A DNA stretch of 63,993 nucleotides, filler included, from Streblomastix strix (lineage: Eukaryota): NCBI GenBank assembly GCA_008636045.1. It is 4 parts of 4 records of this genome, joined end to end, with 100 filler letters (N's around TTAATTAATTAA, not from the genome) between each part and the next. Parts side by side here need not be neighbours in the genome. Positions count along the whole stretch, not along the records: positions 1 to 16,049 come from SNRW01000880.1; positions 16,150 to 32,193 come from SNRW01000881.1; 2 more parts are not named here. One strand, given 5' to 3'. The notes under the pieces were generated by a model that had not been told where the DNA came from, searched no databases, and saw only the letters and a program-made list of their open reading frames with translations. Below, in pieces: positions 13,934 through 26,679 of the stretch; the stretch's first letter is position 1; every line of letters starts with the position of its first letter. A program made the position numbers and the translations under genes.

Positions 13934-16049
13934 GATTATTATATCTGATTATATTTATTTATTATTTGGGTTTGTTTGTTAATATAATTATTTCTTATAG
14001 ATTTAGATGAATAATGATATATTCTAATTTGTAGAATATTATTTTACATAATCAGAAGAATGAGAATCAGAAAATATATTATTTAATGTATATAAAGCTA
14101 ACGAAAAAATTATTGGAGAAGGATATATGAGTAATTATTATTAATTAATGCGATTGTTATTATTTGTATTTGTTTGAGTTAGATGTTGAAGAATGTAATG
14201 TTCAAACACAATAAATTACTTGAAATTATAATAATTATTAGATGCATTTCTAATAATTATATAATCAGATACTTATAATTACTATAATGCAGATGAATAT
14301 GGAATTGAAATATTATATTGACAGTTTAATTCTGATGGACAATTGATATGTAATAATGGAGCAATTCTTTCATGAAATAATTTATTAATAATATCATCAA
14401 TATTATTAAAATATTTAAATTCTAATAATTCTACAATCTTAACAGTTCTTGAAAGTTTTTATTAATAATGATCAATTAAATTATTATCATCTTTCTTTAT
14501 TATCATTTATTCATTTCTTTATAATGAACTTTTAATTTTATTAAATATTATTTTGATATTATTATCAATTACTTTAATACAAATATCGATCATTTCATAA
14601 TTAATTACCTGTCTTTTCATATAATGGACTCATAATCTTGTTAACTAAATTATAATATTGATAATAATTCATAAAAGAATTATTATTTATTTATAATATT
14701 CATTCGTAATATTTTACCTTCATTATATGAAAATCCTTTAATAAGCAATCTTGAAACATTTCTCCATATTTCTACATTGTATCATAATATGGATGAGGTG
14801 AATTACTTGGTGTTGTAAATAATCCACCAAGAAGGATGTCATAAGTAGAAGCAATTCCATAATTAACAACATAAATATCTGAATGATTCAATAATCTTAA
14901 TAGTCCCGGATAAAGGTTCTTTGCGTATATAAGTTATTTAACTTCATCACTGCAATGAATTGTTAATTGAAAGAATACTTACGAAAATGTTCTTGATATT
15001 AATTTTAACTTCTCTTCTCAAATATATATAAAAAATCTTCTATTATTCCAGATTTAATAACTTTCTTTCTTCCTTCATCAAATTCTTTACCTTCAAATTT
15101 CTTTATTAGAAATTCACAATCATTTTCTTAATTGTTTAAAATTTCTTTCTTTAATTCATCTGTTCCTTCCAATGATATCTTCAAATATAATGCAATCTTA
15201 TCTTATAATGCATAATCTGCAAATAATTCATTTGTTTCAATCTTAGCTCTGTTGACTAAATATTGGGTGAAAATCTGGGCTTTCACCTTTTAGTCCGGCT
15301 AGGTATTTTGAGAAAAAGCGAAATACATTTAGAGGAGAAAATACTTAAAATGAGTTAGAAATTATGAGGTCCCCCACTCAAATTAAGTTATTTCAAGGTA
15401 TTTGAATATTCAGTAATCCCTGGATCGGGAGAAAAATTTTGATGTTGTCTGACATATCTAATTGTTTAAATATGTTCTATTTTCTCGAAACTTAGGTTAT
15501 TGAAGGAAATAAAATAAAATATATTTACAAATAGATTTAAATGTTATCAGGAACAAAGTTGTAACAGAAAATTAGAAAAAAAAGTTCGATTCTTTAAAAT
15601 AATAATAATTTATTAAATTCACGTATATTTGATGCGTATTACAATAATAAATTCAAAAAAGTAGAAATTAATAGTTTCGTAAAAATGGATCGATCATAGC
15701 GATAATTTTTTCTAACAAATCGAGTTTCTTGATAGATAATATTTAAAAATATGTAATTAAATTATTAAATCAAATTTAAAATATATCTATAAAACATATA
15801 TTATTTTCAATGTATATGGACATGTAGATCAAGCAGAAATATGCATATAATGTCAGTAATTTCTCGCATACGCTCTGAAGCAGTTAAGTAAAAATAATTG
15901 TTAATTGTTATGAAATATGCTTTAAATATGTAGTAAAATGAAAATAAATATATTTCCAAAGCAAATTATTAGTATGCTGTTGGAAAACCTGCTCGTAAAA
16001 ATCGTGTCTATGGAAAATGTCATCTTTCTTGACTGAAAATATCATTTCA

Positions 16050-16149
16050 NNNNNNNNNNNNNNNNNNNNNNNNNNNNNNNNNNNNNNNNNNNNTTAATTA
16101 ATTAANNNNNNNNNNNNNNNNNNNNNNNNNNNNNNNNNNNNNNNNNNNN
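16050..16149. other. Artificial contig linker
   Basis: 44 N + TTAATTAATTAA + 44 N, identical at three places. Contig lengths 16049, 16044 and 16039 are size-sorted. Confidence 0.98.
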
Positions 16150-16582
16150 CGTCTTTGCTGAGTCCATTAGCTTTAGGTAGTGAGAAGCTTCTCTTACTTG
16201 GACTCTTAAAAAATTCAATTTGCCTATTATCGATGCTAGATACTTGATCTTAATTGGGACTTGTTTCTCTGTTAGGCTGATCAATCTCTTTAATTAATAA
16301 CGTAACTCTTGTTTTCTTAAGTCTGTCATCTTTATGTACATTCTTTTCAAGTCCCAGGTCCATCCTAAGAAGTTAATTTGTTGTTTTGGTTCTGTTTCGC
16401 ACTTTTCCTGAGCTATTGTCCATCCAAATGTCTCTAAGATTTTCATTATTGTCAAGGTTTATTCTCGCAATCTTTCTTTGTTCTAGTGTAGGAGGAGCAG
16501 ATCGTCTACGTAATTCAAACTTCTTATGTCTGACTCTCTCCGCATCTTAGTTAGAACCATTGCTAGTGCTGGTGCGAAGAAT
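16150..16582 (-). pseudogene. DIRS-type reverse transcriptase C-terminal fragment, inverted relative to the rest of the element
   Basis: FFAPALAMVL...LNYVDDLLLLH...INFLGWTWD...LASIIGKLNF. Confidence 0.85.
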
Positions 16583-17455
16583 TAAGAAATGACTTTAGAA
16601 TTAAGAATTCAAGAGGCAGTAATCGTATCAGACGCATCTCAGAAGAGCCGGAGAGTGACCCTGGAACTACAAACAGGGAATACTTTACTACAACATGGAG
16701 AATGGAATAAATAGCAAAAAGTTTTGACGAGTAATATGAAATAAATGGAAGCCATATACTTAGGTCTATTCCGCTACGGATAAATCTTTAAAGAGCTGCA
16801 AATTAAAGCGATCCTCATTAAGTCAGAAAGCTTTATCGCAGTATCAGATTTAGCAAAACAGAGTGCAGGATAGACATTGCTTGCGGAAGTGAAGAAAATT
16901 GTCAAGCTATGTCAATAACTGAGAATTCAAACACGGACTCAACATATTCCAGGAGTATCAATTAAGGTAACAAAAGCACTAAGTAGATTATGCACCTAGG
17001 GCGATTATTCAGTAAAGAAAGAGATATTTACAGCCCAGTGCTAAGCATGGTAGATAATTCCAACATTGTACTTGTTCTCTACAGGGTGAAACAAATTCAT
17101 GGATAGATTCATGGCAATAGGAGGGGAAGAGGAAGAGGCGGAGTGGTTAAACGTGTTTTTGAGACCAAGGAAAGAGGAGGTTTTTTGGATTCACCCACCA
17201 ATTCCGAAGATTGAAAAAGTACTGATCGTATAGGAAAAGTTTAAACTAAAGTCAATCATGATAGCATCTTGGTGGTCAGGTCAAATATGGTTCACACATT
17301 TACTAACAAGCATTAGCAGATACCTTATTTTTGGAGAGAGCTATCTGATTCTGAACCAGGGGAAGAAGATGATGAAAAAGAACGACATGCTACAACCATG
17401 GAAAATCGCGGTATTCATCATAGATCATAAGTAGAACAAGGAAGAAAATTATTGA
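16574..17455 (+). pseudogene. DIRS RNase H plus adenine-methyltransferase-like domain
   Basis: VIVSDAS, MEAIYLGL, HIPGVS...ALSRL, then PTLYLFS...FWIHPPIP...WWSGQIWF; one internal TGA. Confidence 0.82.
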
Positions 17456-18745
17456 CGGAGTTTTTAGACAATGCGAACATGACTAGAGAAACCCAACAAA
17501 TGATAATCGAAGGGAAGAAATACTACACTCAGAAAAAATACATTTAGACAATGGGTGTGTTTGATGATTGGATGAAAGAAAAAAAATATATAATCGATAG
17601 TATTATGAACAAAAAAGATGTCATTCACTTTCACCGAATTCATGACTTGGTTAACAAGAACAAATAAAACAAAGCTATCATCAGCAAAACATCATGCATC
17701 AATACTTAACATAATGCTTTCTCTCATATTTGGAATAGTCTAAGTCTCCGCAACCGCGCAGAGACTCATTACACACGCAATTTCTAATCACTAGATTAGC
17801 AATCCAAGATATGGGAATACCTGGGACATCAATCAACTGTTTGAACATTGGAGAGAGAGACCAGAAAATAACCTCCTTTAAAATAAAGAGTTATAAATAA
17901 TACTAGCTTCACTATTAATGTCATTATGCCTTGTGAGAATGGAAGAGATGGCAAACATAGATCTATCAGTATCTATCATAGATGATGAAGAACACTCAGC
18001 AGCAGTTAGCATTCCACCCAAACAATCGAAGAAGAGAGAGAGATATGATGTGAGAAGAACGGAAGATCCTAAAGTGTGTCCTACAGAGACCTTCTTCATT
18101 TGGTCAACAAGACTTAGAGATCACTTTTAACAAAGTCCAACAAATTTCATACTCTTATTTTGGACTGAGAATTGGAAGCAAGAAGATCCGAGATATATTA
18201 GTACACGTCTTGAAGGACTTGTTTAAACACTTGGAGTATAAAATGCAACTGCAAACTCTATCAGACATGCATCTTCTACAGAACTAGAAGCACAGGGCTT
18301 TGATGGAAGGACAATAAATTGTTTCACACATCATACACAAGACTCAAAGATGAACAACAGGTTCTATGTCTTCGCCGAAAACAGAGAGTAGGATTCCATA
18401 GTATCTGCTCTCTTAAGAAATCATGGCAAGAAGCAAGCTACTTAGATTATCTCAAAATAAAGTGATGGAGCAAGAGTCTTCGAAAGAGATGTATTACAAT
18501 AATCTCGTTTAGGAGATGATTTGTAGTTATTTACATAGGAGACTCTTGCTTCACCTCTTTCCCTCCCGATCATTTCGACATAACCCATCGTTGAAGCTGA
18601 ATCTCCGAATGATCGCGAGAGTGCAAAAGTCTAGAATTCACAAATGTATAAAGATGTTCAAGACGAAGAATCACAAGAAGAAGCTCAAGACTCAAGTACG
18701 ACAAAGGATTCTGATCGGGCAACAATTGTTGAAGCTTAGCAATGA
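17400..18745 (+). pseudogene. DIRS tyrosine recombinase
   Basis: LVRMEEM (catalytic R), PKQ (K), VCPTETF, ANSIRHASST, FTHH...RFYVF (catalytic Y); frameshift near 17620. Confidence 0.82.
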
Positions 18746-19199
18746 TGAATGAGAAGTCATGAATTAGAATGCGTCAGTGTGAAGTTTTTTTATACATTTC
18801 ATGCACAATTTTGGAATAAAATTTCTCTACTCCTCATTTCAACAAGATGAAACTAAGGGAAAGAGGTTCCTCTTTTAATTTTTTTCCCTCACATCACTCG
18901 ATTACTTTTGATTGTCACCTCGCTTGGGACCATTTTAGTCTCAGAAAACAAGTATTGTCACCTCAAGCAGAAACTTTTAGCGCTTTCTTTGTCGTATTTT
19001 TATACATGGCCGACCAATAGGGATGGGCAGCTCAACGGAGCACCCAGTCCCAGCGGCCCATTTTTCAATCTCAAAATAAAAGGATGAATCAAGAGTCTCC
19101 AATGGAGATAACTATAAATAAATTTATTTTAAAAAAATTATATTTTTTATCTTAGTCAAATCCCGATTATTTATTTATCTATATTTTCAACCAATTACA

Positions 19200-19982
19200 T
19201 TCTTAAGAAGTACTTATTATCATTTGCAGACAGCGTATTCAATAAACATGGAGAAAAAATTCTTCGCTCATCCTCTTCCTCATAAATATAAACTAAATAA
19301 TAAAGCATTTCGCAGTAATAATAGTATCATTCATAATCTTCACATTTATCAATTTCTTCTACATCATTTACCCAAAAGTTAGAAATATAACTTTTACCTT
19401 CTCGAAAACTTGTTTTTAATGCTTTGCAATTAATCTATTACTTTATTTGTGAAAAAAATTGATGTAATTAAATTACCTCGAATGTGTGTCCTTCAAAATG
19501 TATTTGTTACAATTACAAGTTTTGAAAGGAAAAAGCATAATCAAGGAATTACAGAAAAGGAATCAATTTCAATAAGTTTTCAGAGTATAGAATGCATGTT
19601 TCATTTAAATGAACTATTTATTTAAGATAATCAATTCAAATCTTAAGACGAAACCGATTTATTTAAGATTATTGATAATTCAATGAGTGTTTGCCGTGGA
19701 AATGAGGAAGATAATGATTAAATAGTTCGATCAGCATATTCAAAGATAGGCTATTTAACAAGAGAAACTTAGTGTAATAGACATGAAAATTAATAATTAC
19801 ATAAAATTTATAAAGAAATTAAAGTAGAAATGCTTGATGTTGGAGCAGATGAAGAAAAAGATGCTCTTTTGTTCCAAATAGACAACGTATAGAAAGTTGA
19901 ATGGAGTAACGGCGCTTTATAAACAAAGATTGCAATTTCCAATATTAGAAAAGACCAAATAAATGCCAATAACAATGATTGA
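19200..19982 (+). CDS. Host lineage-expanded ARM-like family protein, 3' part (possibly decayed)
   Basis: C-terminus SVCRGNEEDND...EMLDVGADEEKDALLF...KIAISN* resembles STAGGTGED...EEEGGNEEVESFL at 55.3-55.6 kb. Confidence 0.45.
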
Positions 19983-21247
19983 TGAAATGAATTAGATTAG
20001 GAGAAGAAAATCTTTGAATTTGTAAGAAGAAGAATAAGATCCACTTTAATTTTTGTTCATTAAATTTTATTTTTATGCTTTTTCTATTTGTCAATTTAAT
20101 AACTACATAGAGAAGCATGAGAGAACAACACTATTTTAACACATTATTTTTACATTTTAATATTTATTAATGTTGTAGATTAAGTTAATTTTTATTTCTA
20201 TTAATTTGTCATATTTAATAAATTTTAAGAGGAAAATATTAAATATAATTCATTAAATTAAGATTGAAAGTTATATGAACAAATTGATGTTCAACTGATT
20301 AAATAAATATGGCATGATCAAGTAAATCGAAAATAGATACAAACATAAACAAAAGTCTAATTTGAGTTTCATTAATAATAAAAAGATATTTATTATCTTC
20401 TTCTCTTTCAAATATTAAAATAATAAAACTTCCAAATATATTTATTTTATAAATCCAACACATTCCTTTCATTTTTCAATATCAGTACATTATCCCATTT
20501 AATAATCTTTTCTATCTTTCTCTCTGATACATGTTATATTTCTTCAAATAAAAAATAAATATCAATAATTCTATCGAAAATACATATAAATTTTTATTTA
20601 TACTAATAAAAACAACTTAATAACAATTAAATAACAAAAATAATTCAAAAATAATTAAATATGACAAAAAATTTGATTTTGTTAAATAAATTAATATAGA
20701 TCATTGAATTGATTGTGAAAAATAAATATACATATAAAATGATGGTAGTTAAATAATAAAGACAAGTAAATTGATAAAGAAAAATTACAATATATAAAAT
20801 TAAAACGAGCTCAGTTAAATAATAGAACTTTTCTTTTTCGAATAAATTTACAGTAAATATTTAAAATAAATAATATAAATTAAATTTAAATTTAAATTAA
20901 ATTAAATAGGAAAATTTAATATAAATTAGGAATATAAAATTAAAAATGATCATTTAATGATAGAATTAATATATAAAAATAGAATAAATATATTAATAAA
21001 AAAATTAAATTATATTTACATCCTTTAAATAAAAATTAAGGAATAAAAAAAGATATTATCATGAAAAGAAATAAATATATAAATTGGTGAAAAAAACTAA
21101 TATTTCTAGTTGTTAAGTATATAAAAAAAAATTTATACTAATAAAATATATCTAATTAATCAAGAATTTGTCTGAAGTAATTATAGATATTAAATTATAT
21201 TTTGCAAGTTTTAAGTAATGATGTAATAAAAAAACTACGTATTAATA

Positions 21248-24200
21248 TCACAAAATAATGCAGCATTCTTTAATCTCAGCTAATTTAGTATTGTTATCAG
21301 CTGATTAATAATCGTTTTTAGCGCAATAATCTTAAATTGGTGTTTATTGCGAATGATTTTAGTTTGCATGTGAAACTTAATTATCTTATTTTAAATCATT
21401 TACCTCTTTCTCTTTTTCAATTATTCTAAAATCCTATTATTAATCACTTGAAATGTTGATTGCATTATTATTAGCAATAAAATCATATTAATTAAGTTTT
21501 TCATTCAATTAAATCCTGTCTTATTTCTCTTTCACTTTTTCCTAATCGATATTTTATTTATTTTCATTATTTGTTTCTTCGTCGATTTCCCAGACAGAAT
21601 CTTTGAATGAACGATGAGTTCGTTTATCAACAGATAAAATCAGAGGAGATTTTTAAGGATTCGAGTTTAAATTACCGAATTGTAGTTGAAGTGATACGTT
21701 ACTGTTAGTGGGTTTTACTGATTATTCTACTTAGCATTCTTGATGACTTGATGATGTTTTATCATTTGTATATATTACTGAAGGAGAATCTTATAACTTT
21801 TGTTAAAGAGATAATTATTGTTAATTTGGTGAAGAAAGTGAATTAAGTGGTAAACTAATTTCCTAATTAGAAATATCTTACTTGTTAGCTTATGAATCAT
21901 TTGTTGAGTCTGTATTCGGAAATACTATTTGTATTTCACAACTTATTTGTAACGGAGATAAAAATTTGATATTTTCTCGATCTTATTAATATTCTGATAT
22001 TGATCTTTTTCTATTAAATTTGAAATGGGTGGAATTCGGAGAAAAAACATAATCGTTGTCATTTTATTATTAATATTCTAATTTATTAAATTCGTTTTCT
22101 TTATTAAGTTTTTCTTTTTAGTTTGAATTATCAGAAGATTAATGAGATAAAGTGTTGGATTTTCTTTTCTTTTTGTTAAAGATTTTTCTCCTTTATTTAA
22201 CAATCATTTATGTATTTGTATCTTCTTCATGTTATTAGCTATTGCTATTAGATTACATATTAACTTATTCATTTTTATCGTAATTCGAAGTTTAATTCAT
22301 TATTTTATTAAATTATTATTCATTATTCGATTGTTGAGGTGAAATGAGTTATGATTCTGGTTTTTATTACGTTTTTGAATTCATTTCTTAATTATTGTTA
22401 TTATTTCTTTCATGCTAATATTCATCTTATTATTCATCAATTTATAGAATATAGTCATAGCAGTATTCATCTTCATCCTACTCTTTAATTCCTCCCATTA
22501 CATTCTTCTATGATTCATTTGTGCTCCAATCTTTCAATTCCTCTGTTATCTTAGCTCCCAGTGGTGACTTAGGAGCTGGATCAAACTACTATCTTGCTTA
22601 TTATATCAGTAATTAAGGAGATTTATTGACCATCAGATTGGCTAATAGTGTGTTGTGCGTTCTCGATGATCCAGGTTGACTGTGTATGACTTCATTAATT
22701 GGGTGCACTTCTTAGCTCAGGATTTCAGGACTGATTTTTCTTTCAACTGCTGAATTGCTTGGGGATAAATAACGGCGATGATATAGATTTATGTGAGGGG
22801 ATTATTGACTATCTTCAACAATTGGTGGTGAATAGATTTCTAATGAAACTTATGATCCAGATTAGCTTTTCTACAATGATAAACTGTTCCTGTTCAAGAA
22901 TGACAAGTATTATGGAACCGTACTGCTTTGTGTTGTTGTTTCACTTAGAGGATCATCACGTTCACTAATATCAATTCCATCAAATTCTTCGTTTAAATTA
23001 CTTCCTCCAGTTTATTCTACAAATTATGCCCAATCTAATTATTTATATTTATCATCTTTCTTTTTCATTCCATCGATAAATTATTCCACAAAGTTATCTT
23101 ATCTAACAGGAGATTAGCTTTCTGTTCGATTATTATATTCAAATGGATTGAAACTGTCATCTGACTTAATTCCAGTAAGAGCATCCAATACTTCAATGAA
23201 TTCTTGAACTGTGTTTGATTTACCAAGAAATAGCGGAGGTGAAAGAACAGAAGAGCGTCTTCCAAGGGAATTAGATGAAAATGGATCATTATTTCTCATA
23301 TTAGAAAATGGATCATTATTTAATTTATTAGATATTGTTTATATTTCATAAGATGAAAACTGTGATTGTGAATATGTTGATGTTATTAAGCTCGTCTTAG
23401 ACAATTCGGTGTTATAATGAAATGATTTAACAGGATGAATACGCGAAGATGAATTATAATCCTTTATTTCATTCGATGAACTTATGTCTTATATTTTACC
23501 ATTTATATCTAATAATTCAAGTTATGAATTTATCACATCATATTTCTTCTACAATCTATGAATTATATTAAATAAGTTTAATTTCAGATTTAATTGATAT
23601 TGAGAAAGAATTTACTGTTTTTATTAATCAATTTCTTTATCTATTTATTTAATTAATTCGATTTTATTTTCAATATTTTCTTATTCAATTTATTATTTCT
23701 TTTATTCCAATTCTTGAACAGTTTTGTTTATTTTCATTGTAAGGGAGATATGATGTTTAGTTATATTACTTCTTTCTTCATTTATTTCTTCTTACCATTC
23801 AAATGGAGCATTCAGATCAATTTCATTTTCTTCAGCTGCTTGTTTAAGTAAAGAAATGAGATATGCATAATCTGGATCTGTTGTATAATCAAGTGATAAG
23901 ATGTATGATTCAAATTCAAGGAATTGTTAGGGAAGCCTTTTAAGTAGTTTGTGACCATGATATTGTTCTTTTATAATTTATATTTTCTGAAAATTTTAAA
24001 TATATGAGTTTTAAATATAAATTAATAAATAACTCAAATAATAATTAATATTACATACAATTTCATCAATATCAGACCAAGGTAACATTCCATTATAAAA
24101 CTCAACAAGAATGTATAAGAGTGAAATCAGATCATCCTACCTTCCGAGTTCAATTAAATTATGCGCATTTAATGAAGCGTACTTCAATGAACCTCGAAAT

Positions 24201-25022
24201 CTACCTTTATTTGTCGGCTATTATTGAATAAAGTTAAATAAGTAAATAAATAAAAAGAATAAAAAAATAAATTGTTATATATTGTTTTATAAAATAATAT
24301 ATATTAATATACGAACTTTAACAACAATATCATTCTTCCTATTTAATTTCTTGCATAACCCAAAGCCAATGAGATAAAATGTCCCTGAAGTTTCTTATGT
24401 GTTTCCAATCAAAAAGTTTCCCTATATTAAAAATAGATTTATAGATTACATAAAATAAATAATAAAGAAGAAATCATACTGGTTTTATATTTCTATGTAT
24501 AAAATCTTTATTATGCACAATTTGAAGAGTCTCAATTGCTTATATACCAAACTTCAGTACAGAATGAAGACTGAATTTAAATGGTTTCTTATAATTGATC
24601 AAATCTCTGAATAATATAAAAATAAATAAATAAATGTCGGAAAGATAATAATAGTCATTATTATACATCATATTTGGACCCAATAGTTAGAATGCAAGAA
24701 ATTTATAGCTTTTATATGATCCGTACTTATAAAATTTGGGTATATGATTTGAGTTGGCTAAAAAATATAAATAACAAAGTAAAAATAGTGTTTATTGAAA
24801 TTTAAAAGAATGAATTATACCTAATATCTTTAGAATAGCGGATCTTATACAAATCTCAGTTTATTCATCTGTATCTTTCTCCAGCATTAGTGCAATCTGA
24901 CGCATTTTAATATCGATTGCATAGAAAATGGGTCGGAAATCACCGTGTGATATCTTTCGAACAATTTTGTAGTTGTCATTGATGATATCACCAACTTTAG
25001 TGGTAAAGTCAACCACCGTCAT
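21248..25022 (-). CDS. CK1/tau-tubulin-kinase-like protein, probably a pseudokinase, with a long low-complexity tail ending CCIIL; about 5 introns in the kinase domain
   Basis: LLGPN, FSLHSVLKFGIQAIETLQIVH, FIHRNIKP/GNFLIG, FYLIGFGL, FRGSLKYASLNAH, LGRQDDLISLLY, LPW, PDY, PFEW. The last exon is open in TAR=Gln code where checked. Confidence 0.85.
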
Positions 25023-26679
25023 TAATTTCTAAAATAAAATACAGCAATAAAATGAAAAAATACGATTAAATAAAATAAATTGGTAAAAGTGTTATAAATA
25101 AGAATAAAATTTTGTTCTGATGCTAAAATATAATGCTATATAATTTAATTAGTAAATAAATAAATATATTTAGTAAAATATAGAGTTTAATAAGATAAAA
25201 AGCTGATTTTTTATAATTTATGCAGAAAAAAGGATAAAATTGAAATTAATAGAGTTGAAATTAATAAATTTATATGGATATTCTATAAATATTAAAAAAT
25301 AAATTAGAAAATTGGAATATACAAACTAGATATGAAAAAAAAAACTTGCTGTATTTTATTCTAAATAATGATAAGGTAATATATAGTACGAATATATATT
25401 TTTTATTTCAACAATTATAACAAATCTAAAATTAATAAATAGGTGCAGATATTCATTATTATTTTATTTTGAAATATTAAATATCTTATCTATTTGTTTA
25501 TAGATCAAGAAATCTGCTTTTGTATAAGTAAATTGTTCCATACAATGAGATCAAGTTAATTAAACCAATATATTTGCGAAAATTCAAAAGATTGTTACAA
25601 ATTTGCTGAAAATTGAAGTTTTTCAATTATTTTCTATTCTAAATTTATATTTTCTTTTAGAATTATAGATTTGAGTAATTTTTAATTACTAAATTTTATT
25701 ATTTTTATTTGATTAGTTTTATATACTTCTAATTATTGTTAATTTTTCAGTTTTTTTATTAATTAGTTATTTTTAAGTTTTTATTCTATTTTTAATTTAA
25801 TTTCATTATATAGATCATGTAGAATATTGAACAATGCGCTAGGAATCAAATACATCCAGACTTTAATAAAAGTAAAAAACTCAAAAATCGTTTAGATTTT
25901 TTTTTGATTTCTATCATTATTTTTGAATTAAATTTATAAACGAATATTTGTATAATTTAATATTTGTACTTTATGTTTATATATACAATATTGAAATATT
26001 AAACATTACATTACGGCTATAATCATGTGATAAAATTTATTTCTAAATAAATTGCAAATATTTCTTAATTGCACACTACGTTCCTTTTTATTTTTATTGC
26101 AAACGAACAATATTCAATGGCAGTACTTTATTTCATTTCAAACTATTTATAATTTTACACAATCTAGGCACATTGATTTTTCATCAAATTTTTTTTTATG
26201 AGTGTATTTTCTATTTTCTTAGTTAGACGAAATGATTTGCTTATTTTTAAATGAATATCAACATTTAACATATTTATTCTTTATTTTAACTTTGATAAAT
26301 ATTTGAATTTTATTTATCCAACAATAATTAGTCAGATTTTATGTTTTCTTTACAATTATGATTGAAAGATAGACTTATTTATCATAATTTAAATAAGTTT
26401 TATATTAAATTTTATTAATATAAAAGATTTGTATCCGAATTAATTAATTAAATTTTTTATATATGTCATGATCATATGAAAAACTTGAAATTTTAAGTCA
26501 TTGTAAATTAATTCTAAATTTAATATTTTTTGAGAATCTAAATCGTTTTAATTAATAATAACTTTTATTAAATCCATGATATTAAAAGTGAAATATTATT
26601 GTTTACTGTAATATGATTAATATTTTTAAACAATATATTTGCTAATTTAGAATTTCATTATTTCAATCAAAATTATAAG

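Larger units (their letters stand above)
8265..16049 (-). repeat. Right arm of the giant inverted duplication; unique spacer at 7786-8264 (479 bp)
   Basis: Reverse complement of 1-7785 wherever checked. Confidence 0.97.
16150..19110 (+). mobile_element. DIRS-like tyrosine-recombinase retrotransposon relic (family A)
   Basis: RT, RNase H, methyltransferase-like and YR domains in DIRS order; similar to 49199-50700. The 3' boundary is approximate. Confidence 0.85.

Noticed and set aside
1..16049. Giant inverted repeat as the TIRs of an intact linear virus
   Set aside because: The arms include host ARM-like sequence and a pPolB truncated mid-gene, and the spacer is only 479 bp.
16094..16105. 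TTAATTAATTAA palindrome (also at 32238 and 48377)
   Set aside because: It is an artificial six-frame stop linker between contigs, so adjacency across it has no biological meaning.
17050..17300. Stand-alone DNA adenine methyltransferase or restriction-modification system
   Set aside because: It is the known methyltransferase-like domain fused to DIRS pol.
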